Below are positions 27,336-36,739 of a stretch of DNA of 64,000 nt, piece after piece. A model generated the notes under the pieces. It was not told the DNA's origin, ran no database searches, and saw only the letters and a list, made by a program, of their open reading frames with translations. Origin of the DNA: Fimbriimonadales bacterium (GTDB lineage: Bacteria; Armatimonadota; Fimbriimonadia; Fimbriimonadales; ATM1). The position numbers and the translations under genes were made by a program. Position 1 is the stretch's first letter; each line of letters starts with the position of its first letter. The DNA is taken from contig JBGTLG010000015.1 of assembly GCA_041744215.1 (NCBI GenBank), forward strand, positions 128,001 to 192,000, written 5' to 3'.

Positions 27336-28628
27336 ATGGTCCTCGCTCTGGCGCTCGTGCTCTCGGATGCCTTGACACCGGTTCGAGCAGCGCACTCCAA
27401 TCTCCAAGAGTGTGCGCTCAGAATCGAGGCGATGGCAACTGTTTCTGAGGCACATACCCAGTTTTCATACGACATTTATCGGGATCGCGACGGTCGCTTT
27501 AGAATTGACCTTCGACCGGACACAGATTCGGAGTACATTTTCTTCACAGATGGCAACCGGATCATTCTTTATGAGCGAAGCAGAAATGTCTTTGTCGAAA
27601 CTCCATACACGCCAGAAAGATCTCCGAGCCAAAATGTAAGCGCAACCTTCGGTGCTGCGGAGCCAATGATGCAGGTCTACTTGGAGCCCCGTAACGGGCT
27701 TGCCTCTTTCTTGCGCACTTGGGGTGCTTCGGGTTTTGTGCGTGACGCAGCGCGACAAGGGGAATACGTCGCAAAGAATGCGACAGCACCTGTTCGTATC
27801 TTTGCATCACGTGGGACGAATCTCATTGAGTCTGTCATCGTTGGCGAAGCAGACCGGGCAGCGAAGTGGCAGGTCAAAGCTGCGCCACTGTCCCTTCTAG
27901 AAGCGATACCTTGGACTCCACCGCAAACTGCGATTCAGATTGAGTCCTTTGCGCCAAACGCGCTCCCAGCTCCGATTGTCTCACCAGAAGCTAAACCGAT
28001 CATTCAGCGTTCTCGTGAGGTGTACGACAACCTGAGCACCATAGCGTTTTCTTCCAGTTCCTACCTGTTCACCTCTGACGCGGAGGATCAGCAATCAGCG
28101 CACGGGTGGTGGGAGCGAAGCGGACGTCTGCGCGTTGCGGCAACCGTTTCATCGGCAAATCGATCACTAGAAGCTTTCTTCGATGGCGCAACGCTTCGGG
28201 CATATGATAAGACGAGTAAGAAGGGTTACATTGGCGTCATCCCATCTACAGAAGTTGTCGATGTGATTCTCCAGTTAGGTGGACCTATCGAGCCGCTGGT
28301 CGCTACGCTCGCGACGAAGAAGCCCTTTTGGAATCGCTTTCTGCAACCAGGATCGAATGTAACTCTGGAGACGGAGTCTGACACGGGCGCGAGTATTCTA
28401 AGAATCACCACTTTCGACGGGTGGACAGTAAGACTCACTGTGAGGCAGGATGGGCTGATTGGGCGAATTGAGCGATCTTTGAGTGTTGACGGCAAGCTCT
28501 CCGCCTCAGAAACTGTACTTTATAGTTACCACCGCGTCAATGAACCAATACCTGCCGAAGACTGGACACTACCTGTTCCGACCGAGACAATCTTCGATCC
28601 GCTGATCCTGGGAGACAGAAATCGCTGA
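27336..28628 (+). CDS. Exported protein with two LolA/DUF2092-like domains
   Basis: Signal-like N-terminus; two repeats of R.G..R(I/V).......F.DG.....Y......Y/F ending in W..P. Confidence 0.5.
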   Translation: MVLALALVLSDALTPVRAAHSNLQECALRIEAMATVSEAHTQFSYDIYRDRDGRFRIDLRPDTDSEYIFFTDGNRIILYERSRNVFVETPYTPERSPSQNVSATFGAAEPMMQVYLEPRNGLASFLRTWGASGFVRDAARQGEYVAKNATAPVRIFASRGTNLIESVIVGEADRAAKWQVKAAPLSLLEAIPWTPPQTAIQIESFAPNALPAPIVSPEAKPIIQRSREVYDNLSTIAFSSSSYLFTSDAEDQQSAHGWWERSGRLRVAATVSSANRSLEAFFDGATLRAYDKTSKKGYIGVIPSTEVVDVILQLGGPIEPLVATLATKKPFWNRFLQPGSNVTLETESDTGASILRITTFDGWTVRLTVRQDGLIGRIERSLSVDGKLSASETVLYSYHRVNEPIPAEDWTLPVPTETIFDPLILGDRNR

Positions 28629-28686
28629 AGGTCCTCTTCAGCCACCTAGCATTCCCAACATTTAATCCGTCATAACTGTCAATCGG

Positions 28687-28944
28687 ATGATGTCAGACGA
28701 CAATCAGTTATCAGACATTGTTGACAAGTGGAGGGGAGCGGGGGCCAACGAGTCCCTGACTTCCCTAGCAAAAACCACTGCGGATGCGATTCGGCGCACC
28801 TGGACAGGCAACGCAGACTCCATCAAAGATCTGATGGTGTGGCTGGAAGACATCCAAGAGGGCCAGGTTCCTTCGAGCGCTAGGGTTCGATCGATCTATC
28901 TAAGGCTCGAGAAGGTGAGGGCTGCAACACCAGATAAGAACTGA
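28687..28944 (+). CDS. Small hypothetical protein (85 aa)
   Basis: Only ORF in the gap; helical composition. Confidence 0.5.
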   Translation: MMSDDNQLSDIVDKWRGAGANESLTSLAKTTADAIRRTWTGNADSIKDLMVWLEDIQEGQVPSSARVRSIYLRLEKVRAATPDKN

Positions 28945-28986
28945 CGCAACGGGTTGCCTAAGCCGAGAAGATTACGGCTGCGATCT

Positions 28987-29835
28987 CTATAATCTTATGG
29001 CCATGACGTTGTGCTCCGTAGCAACAACTTGGTAGTGGGAAACACTCCCCAAAAACACCCGGTCCCAGAACCCATGGCCTCGCGCACCAACGATCAGAAG
29101 ATCTGCGTCGCACTGCTTCATCGTTTGGGCGATCACATCGTTTGGGTGCCCTTCAATGATGACCTGATCTGAGTCGATTCCTGCTGCTTGAAACTGCGAA
29201 GCGAGCAACTCATTGGTTTCTTCAGCTTCAGCACTCGACAGATCAGCGCTCGTTTCGTGATGCTCTGGTTCACTAATCGCGCGTAAGACCGTGATTCGAG
29301 CGAGTCCTTGTGGGGTCCACGTAAGAAGCTTGTCCGCGCAACGCTTCGAGTAGTCTGAGTGGTCAGTTGCAAAAATTGCGGAGAGCGATCCTGTTGTCCT
29401 CGGAGCGCGCTTCGCGATAAGAAGCGACTGCTTCGCGCCCGAAGTGAGGGCCTTCGTAACGCTACCGTAAAACAGAGACCCCCAGGCGTCCTTCTTAGCT
29501 GACTCCACAGCTATGATGTCGGCGGTCTGCTCCTCTGCAAATTCGATGAGGCTACGTCCGGCATCCCCTCTGCGAAGTGTAACGGAAACTTCGTAAGCAG
29601 ATTGCGCCAGTTTTGCTTGCGCCTGTGCTAAGGCGCTCCTACCCTCCTCTTCCAGTTGTTCGACACGCGCCCGAAGCGGGTGAGAGGGACTGACGTTCGG
29701 ATATGCGGTCTCTGGGAGGAGTCCCTCAATGCTATGAAGCAGATGTACTTCTGCTTTCGCAAACTGTAACTGCTTCAAGACATTGAGGGTGATCGAGGCG
29801 CCGCCGTGATCGATTCCTACTACAAGCTTTGTCAT
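28987..29835 (-). CDS. Tandem universal stress protein (2 x Usp)
   Basis: VVGID..., GDA...LI..A, GSVT; ATDHS, G.P...I, ADLLIVGARG....LGSVS; ATGA overlap with terC. Confidence 0.9.
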   Translation of the reverse strand: MTKLVVGIDHGGASITLNVLKQLQFAKAEVHLLHSIEGLLPETAYPNVSPSHPLRARVEQLEEEGRSALAQAQAKLAQSAYEVSVTLRRGDAGRSLIEFAEEQTADIIAVESAKKDAWGSLFYGSVTKALTSGAKQSLLIAKRAPRTTGSLSAIFATDHSDYSKRCADKLLTWTPQGLARITVLRAISEPEHHETSADLSSAEAEETNELLASQFQAAGIDSDQVIIEGHPNDVIAQTMKQCDADLLIVGARGHGFWDRVFLGSVSHYQVVATEHNVMAIRL

Positions 29836-30860
29836 AGTTCGGTGTCCTCAGATTGTACTCTTTCTTCGCTGTCGACTTGGGGTTGAGGCTTAGGTGGCCA
29901 GGCGAGCGAAGCTGCGACCGAGGCTCCCAGAATTGCGACGATTACGACCAACGATAACCACGTAGGCATATGAGGGATTCCCCAAGTGCCGACCTTCTCA
30001 ACGTAACCATACAGCATCTTGACACCGACGAATACTAGAACTAATGCAAGACCATAGTTGAGGTAATGAAAGAGTTGCATCAGGCCTGCAAGCGCAAAGA
30101 ACAATGCTCGCAGGCCAAGAATCGCAAACACGTTGGATGTAAAGACGATGAATGGATCTTGTGTGATTGCGAAGATAGCGGGGATTGAGTCAACTGCGAA
30201 AACGATGTCGGTCAGCTCAATCACAAGGAGTGCAACGAAGAGCGGTGTAGCAGTCAAGACGCCGTTTATGCGAACAAAGAAGTTCGCTCCATGGTAGTCG
30301 TCTGTTGTAGGAAACACTTTCCGGAACCACCGCACAACAGGGTTCTTCCCAGGATCCATCTCCTTTCCATGGATGACTACCATCTTGACGCCCGTCAAGA
30401 TCAAAAACAGCCCGAAGACCACCATCGTCCAGAGAAACTTCGCAATCAGCGTTGCGCCTAATGCGATGAAGATGCCCCTGAACACGAGCGCGCCAACGAT
30501 GCCTAGAAACAAGACCCGGTACTGGTACTCAGAAGGGACACGAAAGTACGCGAAGACGATCAAGAAGACGAAGATGTTGTCGACACTTAGCGCGCGCTCT
30601 ACCGCATATCCCGCGAAGAACGCCATTGCAGCATCAGCATTTGAGTAAGAACTGCTTGGCTGGATTCGATCCCAAAACAGCCAAATGACACCATTGAAGA
30701 CGAGCGCGACGATGATCCAGATCACACTCCAGACGAGCGCTTCGCGCATCCGAATGGCGTGCACTTTTCGGTGAAAAACACCGAGGTCAAGCGCCAAAAA
30801 TCCGAGAACGAACCCCAAAAAGGTCGCCCAAATCCAAATGGAGACATTCGCTACTTCCAA
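29832..30860 (-). CDS. TerC/Alx family Mn-related membrane protein
   Basis: E.ALSVDNIFVF, ELTDIVFAVDSIPAIFAIT.DPFIVFTSNVFAILGLR; TTG start after GGAGG. Confidence 0.93.
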   Translation of the reverse strand: MEVANVSIWIWATFLGFVLGFLALDLGVFHRKVHAIRMREALVWSVIWIIVALVFNGVIWLFWDRIQPSSSYSNADAAMAFFAGYAVERALSVDNIFVFLIVFAYFRVPSEYQYRVLFLGIVGALVFRGIFIALGATLIAKFLWTMVVFGLFLILTGVKMVVIHGKEMDPGKNPVVRWFRKVFPTTDDYHGANFFVRINGVLTATPLFVALLVIELTDIVFAVDSIPAIFAITQDPFIVFTSNVFAILGLRALFFALAGLMQLFHYLNYGLALVLVFVGVKMLYGYVEKVGTWGIPHMPTWLSLVVIVAILGASVAASLAWPPKPQPQVDSEERVQSEDTEL

Positions 30861-30950
30861 GGCAGTCGCCTCCGAAAATGCATCCTATAAGGTCGATTGA
30901 GTTCGCTTCTGCCGCTCATTTCAGTCATCTGGATCGAACGTCAGGCTAAC

Positions 30951-31060
30951 AAAAAGACCTTCATCCGCCTGGCGGTGAAGGTCTTGCGCTTTAAACCGGA
31001 CCGGCTCTTTCGAGCGTACTGACGACCTCGGTACTGCGTCTGCAGGCGCTACTCCCCTTC
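30951..31060 (-). ncRNA. yybP-ykoY manganese riboswitch with transcription terminator
   Basis: GAAGGGGAGUA...CGUCAGUAC...GCAAGACCUUC aptamer (31060-30977); its 3' strand also forms the terminator AAGACCUUCA..UGAAGGUCUUUUU; upstream of terC. Confidence 0.92.
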
Positions 31061-31084
31061 GGGATCAATCGTATGATACCCGAG

Positions 31085-31672
31085 CTAGCATTCCTCGATT
31101 GGCTCAACCGTCCCAGTCTTCATGACGTACAACAGCGGGACGAAAGCGACTTCCCCATGTTCGTACGCCCGCCGAATGATCACGCTATCGCGACAAAGGT
31201 CTGATATCGTATTCTGGGCATTGAGTCTTGAGCAGTGGGTGATGGGATCAACTGAATGCTCTCGTCTCGCCTGAATTGCGGCTGGCCGAATGAGTGACCT
31301 CAATAAGCCACCAGTCGTCCCAGTGTCGTTATTGAAAACGCTACTCACCGCTAGGCAATTGGTGTGGGCCAATACGATCGCGAGCGGTACATTGAACTCT
31401 CGGATAGCGAGTTCAACCACCCAACGCGTGGTCTCACTCGCCACGTTGCCTGGTACCCGAGCAGTGAAGAGATCGCCTAGGCCTTGATCGAAGATGGGAG
31501 TGGGAGCCACACGTGAATCAGAGCAAGCGACGATGACTGCCTTAGGTTTCTGCTCTCGATCAATGCGTTCAAAGTCCTCTTGTGAGTACCGCCTCAGAGT
31601 GCTGTTCCCTGTCCGAAAGCGCTCGTTGCCCTCCATAAGGGCGTTCAGGACATTTTCTGCTCGCGAATTCAC
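31085..31672 (-). CDS. Beta-class carbonic anhydrase
   Basis: L.EGNERF, ACSDSR, IFDQGLGDLF..R..GN, HTNC; GTG overlaps the glyQ stop. Confidence 0.9.
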   Translation of the reverse strand: MNSRAENVLNALMEGNERFRTGNSTLRRYSQEDFERIDREQKPKAVIVACSDSRVAPTPIFDQGLGDLFTARVPGNVASETTRWVVELAIREFNVPLAIVLAHTNCLAVSSVFNNDTGTTGGLLRSLIRPAAIQARREHSVDPITHCSRLNAQNTISDLCRDSVIIRRAYEHGEVAFVPLLYVMKTGTVEPIEEC

Positions 31673-32601
31673 TGAGCGACGCCAGCCTTTTCTTGGGACT
31701 TCAATAGCTCTACGTACTTGAGGCAGCACGCCCGAGCGCGAGCACGAATCCTATGAATGTAGGCGCCTCGCTCAGTTGGAGAGAGGGCACCGCGTGCATC
31801 GAGCAGATTAAAAATGTGCGAGCACTTGAGGGTTAGGTCGAAGGCTGGGTATACGAGCGGAACATCCCCACTTTCCGAGAGTCCGTAGCGGCCCAAATCT
31901 TCGGAGAACCCCGCCTTCAGTTCGATCGTCCTCTTGCTCTCCGCCTCGTACATTTCAAAAAGCTGGAACAACATCTCAACGTCAGCAACTTCGAAGTTGT
32001 AAACGTTGTGCTGCAACTCCAAGTCATAGTTAACCTCCGAATAAGAGACACCGTTTCCCCATTCCAGGTCTTCCCAAAAAGACAGACCCTCATTCAGCAT
32101 CAAGCATAGGCGTTCCGGCCCGTACGTGATCTCTGCCGTAACCGGATTCAGCTCGATGCCCCCCATCTGCTGGAAGAAAGTGAACTGCGTGATCTCCGCC
32201 CCATTCAGCCACACCTCCCAACCAACTCCGCTCGCACCCATTGACGGGGATTCCCAGTCGTCCTCAACGAGACGTACATCGTTCTGTGTCACATTGAAAC
32301 CGATCGCATTGAGGCTGCCCATGTACAGGTCGACAATGTTCTCCGGGCTCGGCTTCATCGTGACCTGGTATTGGAAGTAGCGCTGGTTCCTCATAGGATT
32401 TCGCGTGTAGCGGCCATCAGCGGGACGCCGACTCGGCTGCACGTAAGCGGCATTCCACGGCTTTGGCCCCAAACTTCGAAACACTGTGTCAGGGTGCATC
32501 GTTCCGGCGCCGACCTCAATGTCGTAAGGCTGAAGGATGAGGCAGCCCTGATCGGACCAATACGCGTCGAGTCGCTGGATTAGGTCTTGAAGCGTCATCA
32601 C
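31669..32601 (-). CDS. glyQ: Glycine--tRNA ligase alpha subunit
   Basis: EVGAGTMHP, YVQPSRRPADGRY, EDDWESP, GWEVWLNG.EITQFT.FQQ. Confidence 0.97.
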   Translation of the reverse strand: MMTLQDLIQRLDAYWSDQGCLILQPYDIEVGAGTMHPDTVFRSLGPKPWNAAYVQPSRRPADGRYTRNPMRNQRYFQYQVTMKPSPENIVDLYMGSLNAIGFNVTQNDVRLVEDDWESPSMGASGVGWEVWLNGAEITQFTFFQQMGGIELNPVTAEITYGPERLCLMLNEGLSFWEDLEWGNGVSYSEVNYDLELQHNVYNFEVADVEMLFQLFEMYEAESKRTIELKAGFSEDLGRYGLSESGDVPLVYPAFDLTLKCSHIFNLLDARGALSPTERGAYIHRIRARARACCLKYVELLKSQEKAGVAQ

Positions 32602-32609
32602 GCGGGAGT

Positions 32610-33857
32610 TTACTTCGAGACAGCCGCAGTCGCGGGCGACGTCACAGGTTTGGAGGCTGGAGCTCTACTTCCCCTCATCTCACGAGAAACACGCTCAGCT
32701 TCGCGCATGACACGGAGCATGTTTAGCCCGAGGATCTTCCCGATCTCTTCATCCGTGTAGCCACGACGCAACAGTTCTGCGGTTAGCTTCGGATAAGTCG
32801 AGACATCCTCGAGTCCAAGCACGCCACCGCCACCGTCGAAGTCACCGCCTATCCCAATGTGGTCGACACCAGCAAGCCGCTTGATGTGATCAACGTGATC
32901 CGCCACTTCCGAGAGGGTTGCTCTTGGGCGAGGATTCTCTGAGTCCCATGCTGCCATCAACTGCGCGACGCGTTCGGCATTGTCTTGATTCTGTTCGACC
33001 AATTCAGCCTGCCTGCGAGTTCGAAGCGTTCGATGACTGCGTGCCTTTTCAGATACGAATGATTCGAGAATGACCACCATGACTATTCCGCCATTTTCGC
33101 GAATAAGCGGCAAAACGTCGTCGGGCACATTGCGCACGTGATCGCAAACTCCTCGCGCTCCTGAATGTGAATAGATGACCGGCGCCCGTGTTACGCGTAG
33201 TGCGTGCTTCATCGTGTCCGGCGAGACGTGACTCAGATCAACGAGCATCCCAAGTCTGTTCATCTCGCGTATGACGTCCTCGCCAAATGCGCTTAGTCCG
33301 TTATTCTTAGGGGTATCCGTTGCAGCATCGGCCCATGGAGTGTTTGAGTTGTGCGTCAGCGTCATGTATCGCGCGCCCATTCTATAAAACATCCGGAGTA
33401 TGGCAAGCGAATTGTCGATCGAGTGTCCCCCCTCCATCCCAATCAACGAAGCAATCTTCCCGTTCTCGATAGCACGTTCAACATCGCTCGCTGTCAAGGC
33501 AAGTTCGAAGGTATCAGGATAGCGCTCGCAAAGCTGGTAGACGAACTCGATCTGTTCGATCGTTGCCTTGATTGCATCAGGTCCCTGAAGACTCACAGGA
33601 GCATATACCGACCACCATTGGGCTCCGACGCCACCTTCTCTAAGCCGTGGGATATCCGTTTGTAAGGCGGGAACCCTATTGCGGAGGTCAAGTGCGTCGA
33701 GGTCGTAGTTCGCCTGATTTCTGTGCGCCCACGGAAGGTCATTGTGCCCGTCAAAGAGTGGGTACCTGCGATGCAATTCACGTGCCTTGGCAAGGAGGTC
33801 AGGCTCTTGGGCAGGTGCTCCGATTAGAGTTAGCAGACCGAGGATCGCAGCAATCAT
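32610..33857 (-). CDS. Membrane dipeptidase (peptidase M19), secreted
   Basis: DGHNDLPW, GMEGGH, YMTLTH, VDLSH, SHS, GIGGDFDG. Confidence 0.93.
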   Translation of the reverse strand: MIAAILGLLTLIGAPAQEPDLLAKARELHRRYPLFDGHNDLPWAHRNQANYDLDALDLRNRVPALQTDIPRLREGGVGAQWWSVYAPVSLQGPDAIKATIEQIEFVYQLCERYPDTFELALTASDVERAIENGKIASLIGMEGGHSIDNSLAILRMFYRMGARYMTLTHNSNTPWADAATDTPKNNGLSAFGEDVIREMNRLGMLVDLSHVSPDTMKHALRVTRAPVIYSHSGARGVCDHVRNVPDDVLPLIRENGGIVMVVILESFVSEKARSHRTLRTRRQAELVEQNQDNAERVAQLMAAWDSENPRPRATLSEVADHVDHIKRLAGVDHIGIGGDFDGGGGVLGLEDVSTYPKLTAELLRRGYTDEEIGKILGLNMLRVMREAERVSREMRGSRAPASKPVTSPATAAVSK

Positions 33858-33903
33858 GCTCCTATTCTACTGAAACTAAGGGCGAAGGCCTCATTCGTCC
33901 GCG

Positions 33904-34941
33904 TCAGTGCGCCGTAGCCTGAACAGAAATGCGGCTTTCCGCTACGAGCCGCTCCGCGATCTGCACTCCGTTCAGCGCCGCTCCTTTTAAGAGTTGGTCC
34001 CCGCACGAGAACATCGAGACCGCATTCGGATTCGACGAGTCTGCGCGTATCCGCCCAATCAAGATTTCGTCCCTTCCCGCCGCATCTACGGGCATCGGAA
34101 AACGGTTTCCGGCTCTATCGTCGACTATGCGCAAACCCGGAGAGTTAGCGAGTGCTTCTCGGACAGCCTCAACCGACGGGGCTGGTCCGTCGAACTCGAC
34201 ATTTAGGCTCATGCTGTGCGCGCGCATGACGGGTACACGGATGCACGTAATCTCAAGGGCTAAGTCGGGCGTCTCTAACGTCTTTCGTGTTTCATGGATG
34301 ACCTTCCACTCCTCCTCATTGTAGCCATGCTCGTTGATCGGCGTGTTATGACTAAAGAGGTTCATCGCGATCTGGTGCGGAAAGACGTCAATCCTCGGTT
34401 CTTTGCCGTCGGCGATGTCGCGAGTTTGCTGTGCGAGCTCATTCATTGCGCGCGCGCCCGCACCGCTAGCGCTCTGGTAAGTGCTCGCCACAATTCTACG
34501 GATCCGACCGAACTTCCGCAGCGGCGCAATCGACATCATTAGGATGATACCGGTGCAGTTTCCCACCGGGAACAGCCGGTGTTCACTCCGGACGGCATGC
34601 CAGTTGATCTCAGGAATCACAAGCGGCACATCGGGATCCATCCGAAATGCGCTTGAGTTGTCGATAACGACCGCGCCCTTAGACAGCGCGACCGGAACCC
34701 ACTCTTGCGCGGCGGCGGAACCTGCCGAGAAGAAGGCAATGTGGACGTCGTCGAATACTGACTCAGCAACAGCCAAAACCGGAATGTCTGAACCCTTGAA
34801 CTGAAGTGTTCTCCCTGAGGATCGAGGACTCGCCAACGGTCTCAGCGTGGAAATCGGAAAGTGGCGCCGTGCGAGGAGACGGAGGAACTCCTGACCGACT
34901 GCGCCGGTCGCGCCAAGGATGGCCACACGATATTGACTCAC
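33904..34941 (-). CDS. asd: Aspartate-semialdehyde dehydrogenase
   Basis: ILGATGAVG, IDNSSAFRM, NCT, TYQSASGAG, RVPV..AHS, DQLLKGAALN. Confidence 0.95.
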   Translation of the reverse strand: MSQYRVAILGATGAVGQEFLRLLARRHFPISTLRPLASPRSSGRTLQFKGSDIPVLAVAESVFDDVHIAFFSAGSAAAQEWVPVALSKGAVVIDNSSAFRMDPDVPLVIPEINWHAVRSEHRLFPVGNCTGIILMMSIAPLRKFGRIRRIVASTYQSASGAGARAMNELAQQTRDIADGKEPRIDVFPHQIAMNLFSHNTPINEHGYNEEEWKVIHETRKTLETPDLALEITCIRVPVMRAHSMSLNVEFDGPAPSVEAVREALANSPGLRIVDDRAGNRFPMPVDAAGRDEILIGRIRADSSNPNAVSMFSCGDQLLKGAALNGVQIAERLVAESRISVQATAH

Positions 34942-34966
34942 ATCGCGTAGATTACCACTCTGACCA

Positions 34967-36334
34967 TCAAGCAGCCGAGACTTCTTCCGTGCTGTCGGCG
35001 AGTACGACGCAGTTCTTACCTTTAGCCTTCGCGCGATAGAGCGCGTCGTCCGCTGCTTTGATGAGTGATTGCTCGGTGGGCCACTTTGCACAGTACAGCG
35101 CAACTCCCACGCTTACTGTGATCTGTCGGTAGGGGTTCTCTATCTCACTGACCTTCCTGCGCAACTTCTCTGCGAGCTTCGCAGCACGACTTTCATCCAC
35201 GTCCAGTAGAAGAACACAAAACTCCTCTCCACCGTATCGAGCTGCAATGTCAATCTTCCTGATGTTCTCGCGAAGCGTTCGCGCTACCTCGACGAGTACC
35301 TCGTCACCCGCCTGATGCCCGAAGTCATCGTTGAAACGTTTGAAGTTGTCCACGTCAAGCATCACCAGCGCAAATCCCCTACCTCTACCTCGTGCTTGCT
35401 CTGACATCAAGGAAGAAAGTCGATCTTGGAACGCCCTGTGGTTTGGAATCTGCGTCAGCCCATCGGTAATGGCCATCGCTTCGAAACGCTTGTTAGCCTC
35501 TTTCAGATCCTCTTGCATGCGACGCATCTCTGTAACATCAACCGCCGTTGCAATTCCTCCGGTGATGGTGCGGTCGTGGCCTGTCAATGGGTATCCGCTG
35601 ACCAACAGGTACCTCTCGCTGTCATTCCAGTCATCTTCTTGGAAGACATCACCTTGAAGAACTCGCTCTAGCTTGGCTAGCCGCTCTTCGGTCACCAGGT
35701 TTGGACCAAACAGATCAACTACACTCCGCTCAAACAGCTCAGTGACCTCCTTCCCAAAGCACTCGCAAAGCTTTGCATTCATTTCGAATACGATGCAGTT
35801 TTTGTCGAACGTGAAGCAAGGTACTGGCAGATTTGAGAACAATTGCGAAAACCGTCCACTAGCTACTTCAGCGCTAAGCTGCGATCGCTCAAGTTGCCGG
35901 TTCTTCTCGCTCAACAGGCCCTGCTGCTTCATAAGTGCTGCGTTCTTTTCCTCAAGATTAAGCTGCATTTCGAGAATTCGCTCTGCCACTATAAGGCGAG
36001 ACGCGAGGTCTTCTGTGTCCAGTGGCTTTGCCAGAAAGTCATCCGCTCCCGCGCTCATCGCTTCGTGTCTGTCGGTTTTGTCACCTCGCGCGGTCAGCAG
36101 AATGATATAGGTATAGCGACCACCCGAAGTGGCTCGTATCCTCCGACAAAGTTCTGGGCCTTCCAGTATTGGCATCATCCAGTCCGTGATTAGAACGTCC
36201 GGCTGTTTCTGAAGAAACTGCTCCCACGCCTCTTGGCCATCATCCACGAGAGTAACTTCGTGGCCGAAGCCAGCTACAGCTTTAGCCAAGACCTTCGCCG
36301 ATATCGGCTCATCTTCAGCGATCAGTATATTCAT
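34967..36334 (-). CDS. REC-PAS-GGDEF diguanylate cyclase
   Basis: REC (AEDE, TDWMMP, KP), PAS, D.LT, RKID I-site, GGEEF. Confidence 0.93.
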   Translation of the reverse strand: MNILIAEDEPISAKVLAKAVAGFGHEVTLVDDGQEAWEQFLQKQPDVLITDWMMPILEGPELCRRIRATSGGRYTYIILLTARGDKTDRHEAMSAGADDFLAKPLDTEDLASRLIVAERILEMQLNLEEKNAALMKQQGLLSEKNRQLERSQLSAEVASGRFSQLFSNLPVPCFTFDKNCIVFEMNAKLCECFGKEVTELFERSVVDLFGPNLVTEERLAKLERVLQGDVFQEDDWNDSERYLLVSGYPLTGHDRTITGGIATAVDVTEMRRMQEDLKEANKRFEAMAITDGLTQIPNHRAFQDRLSSLMSEQARGRGRGFALVMLDVDNFKRFNDDFGHQAGDEVLVEVARTLRENIRKIDIAARYGGEEFCVLLLDVDESRAAKLAEKLRRKVSEIENPYRQITVSVGVALYCAKWPTEQSLIKAADDALYRAKAKGKNCVVLADSTEEVSAA

Positions 36335-36684
36335 GCTACGTTGCGTGCTCGGCGCTCGGATGTTATGCGCTCAAACTCTTTAAAGGCTGCCGAAAGTCTC
36401 GAGAACGAATCGTGTGCTCCCGCCAGGTCGCCTAACCGAGCCGAAGACTCGATCGTCGAGGCGATGTCGCCTATGATTGCTGCCCCAATCGTTTGCGCGC
36501 TCCCTTTGATCGAGTGAGCTTTTGACATCACCTCTGGCGCCCTGCCGAACTCGATTGCGCCAGCCAAGTCCGCGAGCGATTCAGCGGTCACCTCACAGAA
36601 TTCTGCAAGAAGCTCGTCCGCAAACACCTCATCACCACCTGAAACGTGACACAGGTGTTCTAAATCCAGAATGGTTTCCTGCAT
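36331..36684 (-). CDS. Hpt phosphotransfer protein
   Basis: AHSIKGSA..IGA motif. Confidence 0.9.
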   Translation of the reverse strand: MQETILDLEHLCHVSGGDEVFADELLAEFCEVTAESLADLAGAIEFGRAPEVMSKAHSIKGSAQTIGAAIIGDIASTIESSARLGDLAGAHDSFSRLSAAFKEFERITSERRARNVA

Positions 36685-36713
36685 GTTTAGCCCTTGAAGC
36701 CGATGCTCTATCT

Positions 36714-36722
36714 ATTATCGGC
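36714..36722 (-). promoter_or_regulatory. sigma28-like -10 element upstream of hpt-dgc
   Basis: GCCGATAAT; no canonical TAAA-N15 -35. Confidence 0.45.
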
Positions 36723-36739
36723 GCAAACTGTTTGTGATC

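Noticed and set aside
28687-28944. Small ORF as a Pup/UBact tag
   Set aside because: The C-terminus (TPDKN) lacks GGE/GGQ/xGE, and the gene is not adjacent to prcBA.
30851-30928. 25-aa ORF (MTEMSGRS...LPWK) between the Mn riboswitch and terC
   Set aside because: No SD and no recognisable motif; cannot be told from chance without conservation data.
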